Assembly (NCBI GenBank): GCA_963765765.1
Contig: CAVXYC010000019.1
Coordinates: 288,001 to 352,000, forward strand
Direction of reading: 5' to 3'
DNA from: an uncultured Chloroflexia bacterium
Lineage (GTDB): Bacteria > Chloroflexota > UBA6077 > JACCZL01
DNA length: 64,000 bases
The translations under genes and the position numbers were made by a program. Below the pieces are notes generated by a model. That model made no database searches. It was not told the origin of the DNA and saw only the letters and a list, made by a program, of their open reading frames with translations. Position 1 is the stretch's first letter. Every line of letters starts with the position of its first letter. Of the stretch, positions 30,105 to 41,040 are shown in pieces.

Positions 30105-32023
30105 ATGGCACTCATTCGCCGATGCGCCATTGCAGTTGTCCTGCTGACGCTGCTGGTCGCACCTTCGGCTCTGGCCCAGTCAGATAACCGCTCCGTCACC
30201 TGGGAGCGCTACGACGTTGACCTCACGCTCCTTCCCGGCGGTGCGCTTGACGTCGTCGAGACCCAGCGGATCTATTTCAGCGGCACGTACCGAAAGGGAT
30301 TTCGCGAGATTCCTCTGGCAAGGGTCACTGGGATCTCCGATATCTCCGTTGAGGAGGAAGGGCGACCGTATAGGCGCGGCAGTAGCTCAGATTTCGGATA
30401 CACGAACGGTCGGGATAACGATAGAGTCCGTGTGGAGTGGTCATTCCCGCCCACGACGAATGCCGCTCGAACGTTCGTCCTGCGCTACCGTGCCGAGGGT
30501 GCCTTGCGCGTCTTCGATGAAGCAGACCAGATTTTCTGGGAGGCGATTTACAAGGACCGTCCGGGGCAGGTGCAAGCGGGTTCTGTCACCATTCACCTCC
30601 CTTCTTCTGTTACACCTGAACAGGTAGTCCTTGAAGCAGTTCCGGAAGCTGCACTCGTGGATGCGAGGCTAGTCGACTCCCAGACTGCTCGGCTCACCAG
30701 CAGCGGACTCACACCTGGAACGGGATTCGAAGCCCGTGTCCAGATTCCTCACGGGCTAGTCGCCGCGTCGCCGCCGCCCTGGCAGGAGCAAGAGGTCTGG
30801 AACGAGCGGTACCAGCGGCGTGTGCAGCCCATCATCAATCTCGGGCTGTTGTTGCTGAGTGTGGCCATTCCGGTGATTGGCGGCCTCTGGGTGCTGCTCG
30901 CCTGGTTCTTGCGCGGACGCGACCCGCGGATGGGTCGCGTCGGGGGACTCTGACTACACCGCCAAGTGAACTGCCGCCCGGAATTGTGGGGACGCTCGTT
31001 GACGAGCGCGCTGACGTGCAGGATGTCCTGGCAACGCTTGTGGACCTGGGCAACCGTGGCATCTTGCGACTTTCGCAGGTGCCGGCCGACGTTCCTCCCT
31101 CGCAGATTAGGGACTATCGCATTCGGCCCGCGGTAGGCGATACTCGCGACCTCCGGCCATATGAGCGAACCGTATTCACTGCACTATCCCGAGGTGCGGA
31201 CGGCGCTCTCCTTTCGGTCCTGAAACAGGACTTCGTCAGTCAAATTCCGTTGATACGCGACCAGCTTCATGCCGAGGTAGTGCGTGCCGGGTTCTTCGTT
31301 TCGGACCCTGAAAAGGCTCGCCAGAGGTATCGAAGATTGGGTGGTGTGCTCCTCGTGATCGGCATTGTCGGGTTCATTGTCGGTCTCGGGGGCGCGGCAA
31401 GTGTGTCACCGCTGTTGTTTTTGCCGTTCATGACCCTCATACCGTTGGCCGTGGGCTGTCTGGTGATGTCCCGATACATGCCGCGGCGAACTCGTCGTGG
31501 TGCAATTGAGGCGGCACAGTGGCAGGCATTCGCGCGGGGTCTAGCAGCAGATGAAGATCAGCCTGGCGCCGTTCCCTCGCGTACTGACGATGATTCTATG
31601 CTCGATCGTTACCTTCCGTATGCGATTGCGCTTGGTGTTGATACGCAATGGGTGCATCGGTTCAATGCGCTTGGCACACCCGCGCCGCGCTGGTTTGACA
31701 CGCACGACATGCCCATCCTGATTGGAAGCCCGAGCTATTCCGGCCGGTCATGGGATGGCGGATATATCGGTAGAAGTCAGCATGGCGGATGGGAGCCAGA
31801 GTGGGGGGGGCCGGGAGACGGCGGCTCTGGCTGGCGTTTCCCTGATCCGCAGTCGGCAAGCGACTCGGCGGCGCACAACGTGCAGAACACGAGTGACTTT
31901 CTGGTCCAGGTGCTCAATGCTGCTTCCGAAGCGTTGAGCAGCGGTGGTCGGAGCGGCAGCGGCGGTTGGAGCGGCGGTGGCGGAGGCCGTAGTAGTGGCG
32001 GCGGCTCCGGCGGTTTCAGCTAG
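30105..32023 (+). CDS. DUF2207-domain membrane protein (frameshift near 30950)
   Basis: Signal peptide; YDVDLTL..GALDVVET, PPSELPPGIVGTLVDE, DVLATLVDLGNRG, YLPYAIALGV, Gly/Ser-rich tail. Confidence 0.85.
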
Positions 32024-32076
32024 TGTGCAGTGGAGATCCGGGTTCGGAAAAATTTCGGAGCAACGTGTGATTCGAG

Positions 32077-33186
32077 ATGAATAGCGGCCGCGCTCTCGGC
32101 ATCGGAATGATCGTGCTGGGCGCAGTGCTGGGCGTGCTGGTAGTCGTCTGGCTCGTGGTCAACGCCTCGACTGGTGACCTGCAGGCCGGCGGATTCGTCC
32201 TTGGCCTCATTGTGATGGCGGTGCTGGCATTGCCGCCGCTCGGTGCAGGGATTGTGATCATGCGCCGAGCTGCTGTCGAGCAAGCCGAACAGGAGCGGTT
32301 CGAACGTCGGCGGCAGGTCTTAGAGGCGGACCAGATGTTCCGTACTACCATCGCAAGAGACCTGCGGCAGGTAGAGCGGCGACTGAGTGAGACGCCCGAA
32401 CGTTCAGCGTCAACCGTTCGAGCATCGGCCCGCGTGCGCGACCTCATCGACGATGTCGAGCAGGTGGGCTACGACCAGGCTACCTGGCATGACGCGGTCC
32501 AGCTCGAGGACCAGGATCTTGACTCGCTACGTCGCTATGACGATCTGTTGCAACAGGGCTTGCGGCGGCTGGAGTCGCAAGTTGACACGCTATCCGACGG
32601 TGTCGATGGCGCAGCGAGCGTGTTGACGTCGCTTCAGCAGTGGGATGAGACCCTGGCTCAGCGCCAGGATCTCTTGCTTCGAGGCAAGCGTGCAGTCACG
32701 GCCGCGCCCGGCGAGCTGCTCGAGGCGCGACCCAGGCGGCAAGCTGGAGACGTCACTCGACTCGCTCCCGCCGACGCGATCAGCGTCTCCGGCGAAGATT
32801 ATCTCGTGGAGCTCACGGTTACCTACTTCGGTGGCGGGAAGACCTGGTGGCTGCATCGCGTGCGCGGTGGCGCGGATGAACGCTGGCTCTACGTTGGGCC
32901 GGAGGGGTTGTCGGTCATATTGGCGCAGTCAATCGAGCCGCCGGGCGATCCGCGCTCAGAGATGATTCGCTACAAGGGTTCGGCGTGCCGACCCACCGAG
33001 GAAAGTGATGCCAGCGCGACCATCAAGGGGCCGGAAGGCGATCACGAAGGTATTGGAGTGCACTACTGGCGGTTCGCCGCTCCGGATGGCTCAGTGCTCT
33101 CCATTGAACATTGGCCGGACAGTAAGCGCGCATACGTAGGGAAGCCGCTCAGGTCAGGCGCGCTAGAGATCTTCCACGCAGCCTGA
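32077..33186 (+). CDS. Membrane protein with coiled region and C-terminal DUF4178-like domain
   Basis: Two N-terminal TM helices; LAPADAISVSGEDYLV...WW...ERWLYV...YWRF...LSIEHW. Confidence 0.65.
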   Translation: MNSGRALGIGMIVLGAVLGVLVVVWLVVNASTGDLQAGGFVLGLIVMAVLALPPLGAGIVIMRRAAVEQAEQERFERRRQVLEADQMFRTTIARDLRQVERRLSETPERSASTVRASARVRDLIDDVEQVGYDQATWHDAVQLEDQDLDSLRRYDDLLQQGLRRLESQVDTLSDGVDGAASVLTSLQQWDETLAQRQDLLLRGKRAVTAAPGELLEARPRRQAGDVTRLAPADAISVSGEDYLVELTVTYFGGGKTWWLHRVRGGADERWLYVGPEGLSVILAQSIEPPGDPRSEMIRYKGSACRPTEESDASATIKGPEGDHEGIGVHYWRFAAPDGSVLSIEHWPDSKRAYVGKPLRSGALEIFHAA

Positions 33187-33190
33187 CCCA

Positions 33191-33279
33191 CGTAGCACAG
33201 GCTTGTCTCTTATGCCTTGGACGCACCGGCTTCCTTCGCGGGAGGGGCGCTCAGGCACAGGGGACAAGCCCCGTGCTAC
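33191..33279. repeat. REP-like palindrome of the GTAGCAC...CTTGTCCCC family, copy 1
   Basis: cgtagcacaggcttgtctcttatgcct ... aggcacaggggacaagccccgtgctac. Confidence 0.7.
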
Positions 33280-33285
33280 CTATGA

Positions 33286-34600
33286 TCAGGCCGTTGCGAC
33301 GGCCATCTCGCCGTGGTGCTGGAGAAGCTCCTCGAAGTCCTCAATCTCGCTAATCATGTCGATCGGCCTGACTCGATACGCATCCCCGTGGTGTGGGGCG
33401 AACGGCTCGATGCCCTGTTGGAGATCCTGGGCCATGCGCAGCAGCATGCGTCGAGCCGTAATGATGGCGATATCCGTGGTGCCCAGGTGCTCTCGCCATC
33501 GCTCCGGAATGAATCCCATGCCATCCGTCATGGCCATATCCTGCTCGCGACCGGAGGCAATGCCGGTGAAGTTTTTGGTCCGCTGCATATCGCGATCGAT
33601 CAGGTAGTCATTGTCGCGGGTTCGTTGCGGACGCCAGCAGTCGATGAGCGTGCGATCGCCGGGCAGCTTGAACACGGCACGACTGAGATTCTGCGGGCTA
33701 GCAGTGAGCCGCTCGCGTTCTTCGTCCGTCAACGGCCGCTCGGGATGCGCTGAATACTGGAAGACCATATTGTGCTCATCATCCACCGGCACCCAGCAGC
33801 GGCCGCCACGCGGTGGCACTGGTCCGGGGATCAGGCTCCAGAACGGTAGGAGGAACTGCGTGCAGCGCCAGTAGTAGTCGCCCTGGCCCGTGTTGCGTCG
33901 GGAGCCGTAGATGAATCCGTAGTCCGTCTCTTTCACCGTCAGGCGCGGCGCTCCATCCAGTACCCGCACCACGGTGCCGTCTGCCGTTGTGCGTTGCGGG
34001 AGGCGCTGAGCCGGCGGAGCGTAATCCTGCTTGAACCAGCGATGATTGAAGCTGATGTGCGCCGAGTCGATCTCGCCTTCGGTGGCCTGCATGTAGTTGG
34101 ATTCCTGGATCCAGCTCCGTACCACCCGATGATCGTCCGGCACTCGCGCCCACTCGAACTGCGGGAGCTCCGGCTGCAGCTCCCTGGGGCCCATGTACAC
34201 CCACACCACCCCGCCGAACTCCTTGGCCGGGTAGCTCTTGATCTTCAAGCGCTCCTTGAAGTCGCTGTCGGCCGGCTCGGTCGGCATGCTGACGGTGTTG
34301 CCCTCGACGTCGAACTTCCAGCCGTGATACGCGCAGGTCAGCCCGCTCTCCTCGTTCCGCCCGAACCACAGGTCGGCCAGACGGTGCGGACAATGGCGAT
34401 CCAGAATGCCGACTTTCCCGTTGGTGTCACGGAAGGCGACGAGCCGCTCGCCGAGGATCTGCAAGCGCCAGGGCTCACTATCCGGGACCGGGCAGGTCGC
34501 TGGCCAGCATGGCCGGCAGCCAGAAGCGGCGGAACAGCTCGCCCATGGGTGTCCCGGGGCCGGTGCGGCACAGCAGCTCGTTGTCTTCTCGACTCAGCAT
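33286..34600 (-). CDS. Rieske oxygenase, phthalate 4,5-dioxygenase/LigX-like (frameshift near 34480)
   Basis: MLSREDNELLCRTGPGTPMGELFRRFW; CPHR...CAYHGWKFD; EGEIDSAHISFNH; QDMAM; EHLGTTD. Confidence 0.9.
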
Positions 34601-34783
34601 GTCAGGTCCTCCATATGCACGGAAGTGTACGTCTCGAGTACTCACCAGTGTAATGCCGGAGCGGATTTTCAGAAAGAGGGCGGGAGATCGATGCAGCTCA
34701 GCTTGGACGTATCATCCAACGCGTTCTATCGTACGGATACGATTTTCCCGAATGTCCGCGGTAGAAACTCCCGAAGGTGGCTC

Positions 34784-35326
34784 ATGACTCATCTCCAACC
34801 TGAAAACGTCGCACGGAACGTCAACCCATACACGCTCCCGCCGGACAAGCATGGCTGGCGTGGTTTGAGCATCCCGGGCCACCACAAGCGCAAGTGGTAC
34901 ACCTTGCTCCACAACGAAACGGTCCTGGTGACAGCGTTGCTGCTTATCCCGGGCGAGGCTAGCATCCGCCATTCCCATGAAACCGGTGAGCTCTCCATCC
35001 ACTACAACGGTGAGATGAAGCCGGGCATCTACTGGCACCCGGCAGGAGAGATTCATTCAGGGTCACCGGCAACGCCAGAAGATGAAGCCACGAGAATGGC
35101 GCGTGAGGAAGAGATGATTCGGCAAGCAGGGGATTCGCCGATGGTGGCGCTCTTGCAACAGCTTCTCACCGACCAGCGAGAGATGCGACAGAAGCTGGAC
35201 GCAATTGCCCAGGGTGCAATTGCTCCACGAATCATCGTGGACGTGCTCTTTCCGCCGTTCAAGACGACGATCCATGATCCCGCGTATCCAGAAGAGGTCA
35301 CCATCACCGGTCAGTGGTACGACTGA
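34784..35326 (+). CDS. Hypothetical cupin-like protein with helical insertion
   Basis: PGEASIRHSHETGE and WHPAGEIH motifs; IVDVLFPP. Confidence 0.6.
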   Translation: MTHLQPENVARNVNPYTLPPDKHGWRGLSIPGHHKRKWYTLLHNETVLVTALLLIPGEASIRHSHETGELSIHYNGEMKPGIYWHPAGEIHSGSPATPEDEATRMAREEEMIRQAGDSPMVALLQQLLTDQREMRQKLDAIAQGAIAPRIIVDVLFPPFKTTIHDPAYPEEVTITGQWYD

Positions 35327-35376
35327 CCCGCATAGCGGAGCACGGATTTGCCTGAGATAGACAAGGAGATGGACGC

Positions 35377-37110
35377 ATGAGGAATTTCTGGATCCGAGCA
35401 GTCGGAATGCCAGTCATGATGTTGATGGTGATCAGTGGCTGCGCGGCTCCAGCCGCTTCGCCAACACCGCAGCCCGCCGTTAAGGCCACCGCTCCGAGTG
35501 CGGCTGCGCCCACTGCCGGCGCGAACCAACCCGCGGCTGAAAAATCGGCCGCGGGAAAACCGGCCGCTAAACCGACGACGCAGCGCTTAGTGATGTCTGT
35601 GCTTCCGCTCCGAGACGACACCAATGACGTTCGCAATGTGAATCAGCCGGAAGTCTGGTCCCTGCGACCGATGTACGAGTACCTCATTGGCTTTGACCCG
35701 CATACTGGCAAGCTTATTCCGCAGCTAGCCACGGAGTGGAAGCTGGAGCCTGACGGCGCATCGTATCGATTCATGCTGAGGACGGGAATTCCCTTCCACA
35801 AGGGTTTAGGCGACTTCTCCGCTAAGGACGTCGTCTTTTCCTGGAAGGACCTGACGCAACCGGACTCGACCCATGGCGAGTCTGGCTACTGGCGAAACAC
35901 GGTAAAGGACATCGAAGTTGTTAACGACAACGAGGTCGTCTTCCGTCTGGCTGGTCCCGATGCAGGCTTTCTGCGTGCCCTCTCCGAAGCCGAGGGCGGC
36001 ATGGAGATGCGCAGTAAGGCGCAATTCGACGCCAGGGGCGCCCCGACAATGGACACTGAGCCGTACGCGGGTACGGGCCCTTATCAGTTCAAGGAGCGCG
36101 CTCTCGGTCAGTACATTCGCTATGAGCGTGTTCCCTACACGCACTGGCGTAGCACGCCTGATTTCCCAGAGTTTGAGTTCCGTTTTCAGCGCGAGGCATC
36201 CACGCGTATGGCGGCGCTTCTGGCGGGCGAAGTCCAGGTCACTACCCTCCCGCGTGACCTTCAGGCTGAGGTCGAGAAGCGTGGCGGCTACAAAGTGATT
36301 CAGGGGAAGCTCCCGGGCTTCCGGGCATTTCTGACAATGCATTGTTGTTGGCTCAACGATCCGGCCGATCCGTCCAAAGGCTGGGTTTATCCTGAGAGCC
36401 CGCTGATGGATGTCAAAGTCCGCAAAGCCCTGAACAAAGCGATCAATCGCGATGAATTGAACAAAGCCTTTTTCGATGGCAAGGGCGAACGGATGATCCT
36501 GCAGAACTTCCATCCGACCTGGCCTGGATGGAACCCTGAGTGGGAGACGCGCTACAACGACGAATACGGTTATGACCCGGCAAAGGCCAAGGCGCTACTC
36601 GCCGAAGCGGGTAAACCCAACCTCGCTACAGAGGTCATGATCGTTCCGTTTGGTGGAGTAGCCGCGGCAGAAGACATTGCTGAGGCCATTGCCGGCTATT
36701 GGACAACGATTGGAGTAAACGCAGAGCGCGTTACTCCAGATCCCGGTCAGCTCAGTACGCAGCGTCGACAGTTCAAGTGGTCCAATGCATTTGAGTTCCG
36801 TGCGACGAGTGCTGGGCAACTGCTCGGTTCGGTCGTCTACACCAGCGGTCTACAGGTGCGAGGGAGCGCCACTGAGTCGCCTGACACAGAAGCACTTTTG
36901 CGCCAGATCAAGGTGACCCTGGATGAGACCAAGCAAGAGCAGCTCTGGCGTCAGGTCGGCGATCTGATGTTCGAGCAGCAGCGTGCTATCCCGCTGTTCT
37001 GGCTCCCCGCCGAGGCGGTCGTGAACTCGTCCGTTGTCGCTGACTACGACTTCCCGGGCTCCATCTCAGGCACCTGGACGCACATGGATCAGCTAAAAGC
37101 GGTGCAATAG
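35377..37110 (+). CDS. ABC transporter family-5 (peptide/nickel type) substrate-binding lipoprotein, no adjacent permease
   Basis: Lipobox ISGC; PQLATEW, FSAKDVVFS, GTGPYQF, VRKALNKAINR, YDPAKAKALLAEAG. Confidence 0.9.
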   Translation: MRNFWIRAVGMPVMMLMVISGCAAPAASPTPQPAVKATAPSAAAPTAGANQPAAEKSAAGKPAAKPTTQRLVMSVLPLRDDTNDVRNVNQPEVWSLRPMYEYLIGFDPHTGKLIPQLATEWKLEPDGASYRFMLRTGIPFHKGLGDFSAKDVVFSWKDLTQPDSTHGESGYWRNTVKDIEVVNDNEVVFRLAGPDAGFLRALSEAEGGMEMRSKAQFDARGAPTMDTEPYAGTGPYQFKERALGQYIRYERVPYTHWRSTPDFPEFEFRFQREASTRMAALLAGEVQVTTLPRDLQAEVEKRGGYKVIQGKLPGFRAFLTMHCCWLNDPADPSKGWVYPESPLMDVKVRKALNKAINRDELNKAFFDGKGERMILQNFHPTWPGWNPEWETRYNDEYGYDPAKAKALLAEAGKPNLATEVMIVPFGGVAAAEDIAEAIAGYWTTIGVNAERVTPDPGQLSTQRRQFKWSNAFEFRATSAGQLLGSVVYTSGLQVRGSATESPDTEALLRQIKVTLDETKQEQLWRQVGDLMFEQQRAIPLFWLPAEAVVNSSVVADYDFPGSISGTWTHMDQLKAVQ

Positions 37111-37123
37111 TCATCAAACCTTC

Positions 37124-37216
37124 GTAGCACGGGGGCTTGTCCCCTGTGCCTTGAACGGTCCAGCCCGCGATCGCAGCTGGGACCATCTAGGCACAGGGGA
37201 CAAGCCCCCGTGCTAC
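37124..37216. repeat. REP-like palindrome of the GTAGCAC...CTTGTCCCC family, copy 2
   Basis: gtagcacgggggcttgtcccctgtgcct ... aggcacaggggacaagcccccgtgctac (perfect arms). Confidence 0.8.
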
Positions 37217-37484
37217 GACAGAATTGCGAACGAATTCGACATAGAAGCTCGGCCTGTGGTCCAATCAGGCGGACATTCCCCTTTGAGCGCGGCCCGATGT
37301 AACGCGGCCCCGGCGGGGAATTCCGGGAGGTGAACTATGACAGTGACCTACCGACACTTCTCCGCGGACTCACACCTGGAGATCGACTCCAAGTGGTGGC
37401 TCCCGCGCGTTCTTGCGGCCGGCCCTTACTTCTGGCGCACCATTCGTTCGGCATAGGGTCGCGCTGGTCAGTGATGACGCCGAC

Positions 37485-37511
37485 TGTCACAAATTTCGAG
37501 CCTGTCTCGTC
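37485..37511 (+). promoter_or_regulatory. ECF41-type promoter TGTCACA-N16-CGTC
   Basis: Exact match TGTCACA (37485-37491), 16-nt spacer, CGTC (37508-37511), upstream of the epimerase-sigma operon. Confidence 0.8.
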
Positions 37512-37538
37512 TCAGGTTCAAGATGGGAGGACAGAACG

Positions 37539-38510
37539 ATGAAGGTCATGATCGCGGGATCCACTGGAGTGCTCGGTCGCAGAGCTGTCCAGCAGTTTTC
37601 GGCGCGCGGCGATACCGTCTACGGACTGACTCGAAGCGATGACGGCGCGCAGCGAGTCCGGGCATTGGGCGGCGTTGCAGTGGGTGCTGACCTCTTCGAT
37701 GCCGAGGCTATGGCGCGGGCAGTTGAGCACGTTGATGTGGTGGTCCACGCAGCTACGGCCATCCCGAGCAAGACGCGTACCTCAGCGGCGGATTGGGCGG
37801 CCAATGACCGCATCCGAAGGGAAGGCACGGTCGCTCTTACACGGTACGCCTCGCTGGTTGGAGCTCAGCAGTACATCCAGCAAAGCATCACCTGGGTCGC
37901 AAGGCCCGATGACGGGGCCTTCTATGACGAAAGCTCGCCGAATCATCCGTCGCCTGTCACGCAGTCCGCGCTCGATGGCGAGACTATTGCTCAGAATGCG
38001 GGTGAGATCTACGGTTTCAAAGCATCAATCCTACGCTTCGGCTATTTCTACAGCGCCGACTCAGCGCACACTCGACAAATTAGGGATGGCCTCCTGTCTC
38101 GCCGGATGCCGATCATCGGTCGAGGCGACGCGTTGATCAGCAATATCCACGTGGATGACGCGGCGAGCGCCATTGTTGCGAGCGCGGATTCAGGACTTGG
38201 TGGTCTGTGGCACGTAGTGGATGATCAACCCACTTCCGTCGCGAGTCTCTTCGCCACCCTGGCCCAAAAACTAGGCGCTCCCACGCCGGCGCATATCCCC
38301 GTGTGGCTGGCGCGGCTCCTCGTGGGACGTACGACTGTTGACTTGCTCACCATCTCATCCGAGACGTCCAATTCACTCTTCAAGCGAGACACTAAATGGA
38401 ATCCAACGTACGCCACGATTGATTCCGGTCTGGATCAGCTCGTCGCCGCCTGGCGCAACGAAGGGACTTTGCCTCAGCTTGCGCCGAAGACGCTTCGTCG
38501 AGCTGCCTGA
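37539..38510 (+). CDS. NAD-dependent epimerase/dehydratase family protein
   Basis: RBS GGGAGG; MKVMIAGSTGVLG, VVHAAT, LRFGYFY, IHVDDAASA. Confidence 0.88.
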   Translation: MKVMIAGSTGVLGRRAVQQFSARGDTVYGLTRSDDGAQRVRALGGVAVGADLFDAEAMARAVEHVDVVVHAATAIPSKTRTSAADWAANDRIRREGTVALTRYASLVGAQQYIQQSITWVARPDDGAFYDESSPNHPSPVTQSALDGETIAQNAGEIYGFKASILRFGYFYSADSAHTRQIRDGLLSRRMPIIGRGDALISNIHVDDAASAIVASADSGLGGLWHVVDDQPTSVASLFATLAQKLGAPTPAHIPVWLARLLVGRTTVDLLTISSETSNSLFKRDTKWNPTYATIDSGLDQLVAAWRNEGTLPQLAPKTLRRAA

Positions 38511-38515
38511 AAGTA

Positions 38516-38977
38516 ATGGGTATGAAGATGAACCGAGCTCAACAATTGCTGATCGGTGTTGTCATCATTCACGCCGTGGTGACAGGCCTCCATGCTGTGG
38601 CCCATACGCGAATTGACGTTTTAGCGACGGTGGAGCAAAGTGTGTTTATTGGTGCCGTGATCATTCTGGCACCCCTGATCGCGGCCGTGGGTCAGTTGAT
38701 GCGACGCGACGTACTCGCGGCGTCCACATTGTTCCTGTCAATGGTCGGCGCGGAAGTCTTTGGCGTGATCAACCATCTGCTTGTTCCGGGTGCTGACAAC
38801 ATCGCACAGGCGCCATCCGGCCTGTGGGGCAGTATGTTTGTCTGGTCGGCGGCCGCCCTCATGCTCGTGGAAGCCGCCGGTATCGTTGTTGGTGCGCTAG
38901 CGTTCGTGGCCAGCCGCCGAACGACGATGAATCAATCCGTGCACTCCGGCGTAGCCCAATCATCCTCACACGCATGA
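38516..38977 (+). CDS. Four-TM His-rich membrane protein
   Basis: IHAVVTGLHAVAH, GVINHLL; translationally coupled to the sigma gene (ATGA). Confidence 0.65.
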   Translation: MGMKMNRAQQLLIGVVIIHAVVTGLHAVAHTRIDVLATVEQSVFIGAVIILAPLIAAVGQLMRRDVLAASTLFLSMVGAEVFGVINHLLVPGADNIAQAPSGLWGSMFVWSAAALMLVEAAGIVVGALAFVASRRTTMNQSVHSGVAQSSSHA

Positions 38978-39863
38978 CCGAATCAGTAGCGGAAAAGGCC
39001 AGCGTCTTCGATGCGTACCGTCCGCTGCTGTTCTCGGTTGCTTATCGAATGCTGGGCTCGGTCATGGATGCGGAGGATATGGTCCAGGAGACATTCTTGC
39101 GCTGGCAGCAGGCCAAGGGCTCAGCTCCCGAGTCCGAGCGTGCGTTCCTCACGACGATCGTGACCCGACTGTGCATCGACCACTTGCGCTCGGCGCGCGT
39201 CCGACGCGAGCAATACGTCGGCATGTGGTTGCCGGAGCCCCTCTTGACAGACGAGGATGCGGACCCGGCGGAGACGTCCGTACTCCAGGAGAGCATTTCA
39301 GTCGCGTTCCTGGTACTGCTGGAGGCGCTTGCCCCGGCTGAGCGGGCCTGCTTCCTGCTTCGCGAAGTCTTCGGGTACGACTATGCCGACATTGCTCGCA
39401 TTGTGGGTGTCACCGAAGAACATACCGGCAAATGGTCTCGCGAGCCCGCAAGCGCCTCGCTGAAGGTCGACCGCGCTTTGCAGCCTCCGCATCCGATCAT
39501 GAGCGCTTGACTGAGGAGTTTCGGAAAGCCTGCGCTGACGGAGACACGCGGGGCTTCCTGGCCATCCTGTCCGAAGATGTCACGATCTATGCGGACGGTG
39601 GAGGTAAAGCGTCGGCGGCGCAAAACCCAGTACACGGTCCGGACCGTGTGTCACGATTCTTTGTTGGGATTCTGCAGAAGGCTCCCCCCGGGCTGGCGAT
39701 TACACCCCGAATGATCAACGGTAGGCCGGGGCTGGTCACGACGCTCGGCACTCAAATCATCAACACGATCAGCTTCGAAATTCTCGACGGCAGGATTGAG
39801 AACATCTACATCGTCGTGAATCCGGACAAGCTTCACGCCATAGGTAAAAGCTTGGACGCATGA
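38974..39863 (+). CDS. sigJ: ECF41 sigma factor (SigJ-like) with C-terminal SnoaL domain (frameshift near 39425)
   Basis: AYRMLGSVMDAEDMVQE, YVGMWLPEP, DGGGK, NPDKL (ECF41 signature motifs). Confidence 0.9.
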
Positions 39864-40148
39864 CGCTCCGCGCTCTCGGACCGCGGCGGTCTTCGCCGCT
39901 TTCCCAGGAGCGGAGCGACACCTTCATGACTTCCTTGCCATTCGGTTCGATCGGAAAGTGTCTTAAGTCAACCGACCCGGATCCCGTAATCCGAGCGATA
40001 TGGCCCAACGCATTTCCTGTTGCGGTGACGTAACACTTTCAGCGTGGATGGAATCCTCGCGCATGTACCGGTCCTGGGAGTGCTACACAGCCTGGCGTTA
40101 AGGTGGACCGAAGCGGCAAATAGCGTCACGGCCTAAGGGTGCCTCTGA

Positions 40149-40685
40149 CTACGATGTCTCGGCTTGCAATCGCGTCAGGATGAGATCAACTGCCGCGTTA
40201 AACGAGTCGACGCGGGCGTCAGCGTCATCGCAGCCACTGTACGGTCGGTCGATGAGGATGGAGAAACAGCCAGCCGCTTGTCCAGCACCGATGTCACGCC
40301 AGCGATCGCCAACAACGAACGAGGCTGACGGGTCAATGTCCCACTTGCTGGCGGCGTCCAGCAGCATCCCCGGGAGTGGTTTGCGGCAGTGGCAGATGCC
40401 ATCGCGTCCATGCGGGCAGACCAGGATGTCGTTCAATGGCACTTGAGCCTGGAGCTGAACGTGCATCTCATCCAGAACCTCCTGGGGCAAAAGTCCTCGG
40501 CCGATCTCCGGCTGGTTGGTGAAGACGATACAGATGAGACCCGCGTCCCGGAGTCGCTGCACTTGCGCGCTGGCATCCGGGTAGATGTCAAACTCGGCCA
40601 TGTTGATGGGCGCGAACGCCTGATTATCGCGAACGATCTCGCGCACGAGCACGCCGTCTCGATCTAGAAACGCTGCGCGGTTCAT
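40149..40685 (-). CDS. gmhB: HAD-IIIA phosphatase, GmhB/HisB-N family
   Basis: FLDRDGV, TNQP, CPH...CHCRKP, VGDRWRDI. Confidence 0.82.
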   Translation of the reverse strand: MNRAAFLDRDGVLVREIVRDNQAFAPINMAEFDIYPDASAQVQRLRDAGLICIVFTNQPEIGRGLLPQEVLDEMHVQLQAQVPLNDILVCPHGRDGICHCRKPLPGMLLDAASKWDIDPSASFVVGDRWRDIGAGQAAGCFSILIDRPYSGCDDADARVDSFNAAVDLILTRLQAETS

Positions 40686-41040
40686 GATCTGGGAGATTCC
40701 TTCTTGGGGCCGTGATGCGGTCTTAGACCAGGCCGACTGCTTGGATCATCTTTCCGATTCAGACACAAACAGTTCTTCAGTTCCACCCAGCGGAATGCAG
40801 GTGGAGATGTCAAGCGAGGGGAGTAGGCGGAGCTGAAGGAAGCCAATTTAATTCAGGCGAAACGGCAAAGAAGCTGTCGGACTTGCAGGACGCGCCGACT
40901 CCAGGGGTAATGCTCCTGAAGCCAAAGAGTTAGCATCCGATGCCTCCCGTGGTGAGTCATAAGCTCACTAAGAGAAATCCTCAGAGCACGGGGAGGACAA
41001 GACACTCCCTGCTCAAAGTTCAAAGCCGCACAATCCCCTT

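Noticed and set aside
30951-30953. TGA inside the DUF2207 gene as a second Sec codon
   Set aside because: The continuation is in a different frame and no Cys is expected here; a simple frameshift explains it
40686-41040. tRNA/att site or third defence gene at the left edge of the Pycsar island
   Set aside because: No cloverleaf, no repeat matching the right border, and the 66-aa ORF has no recognisable motifs
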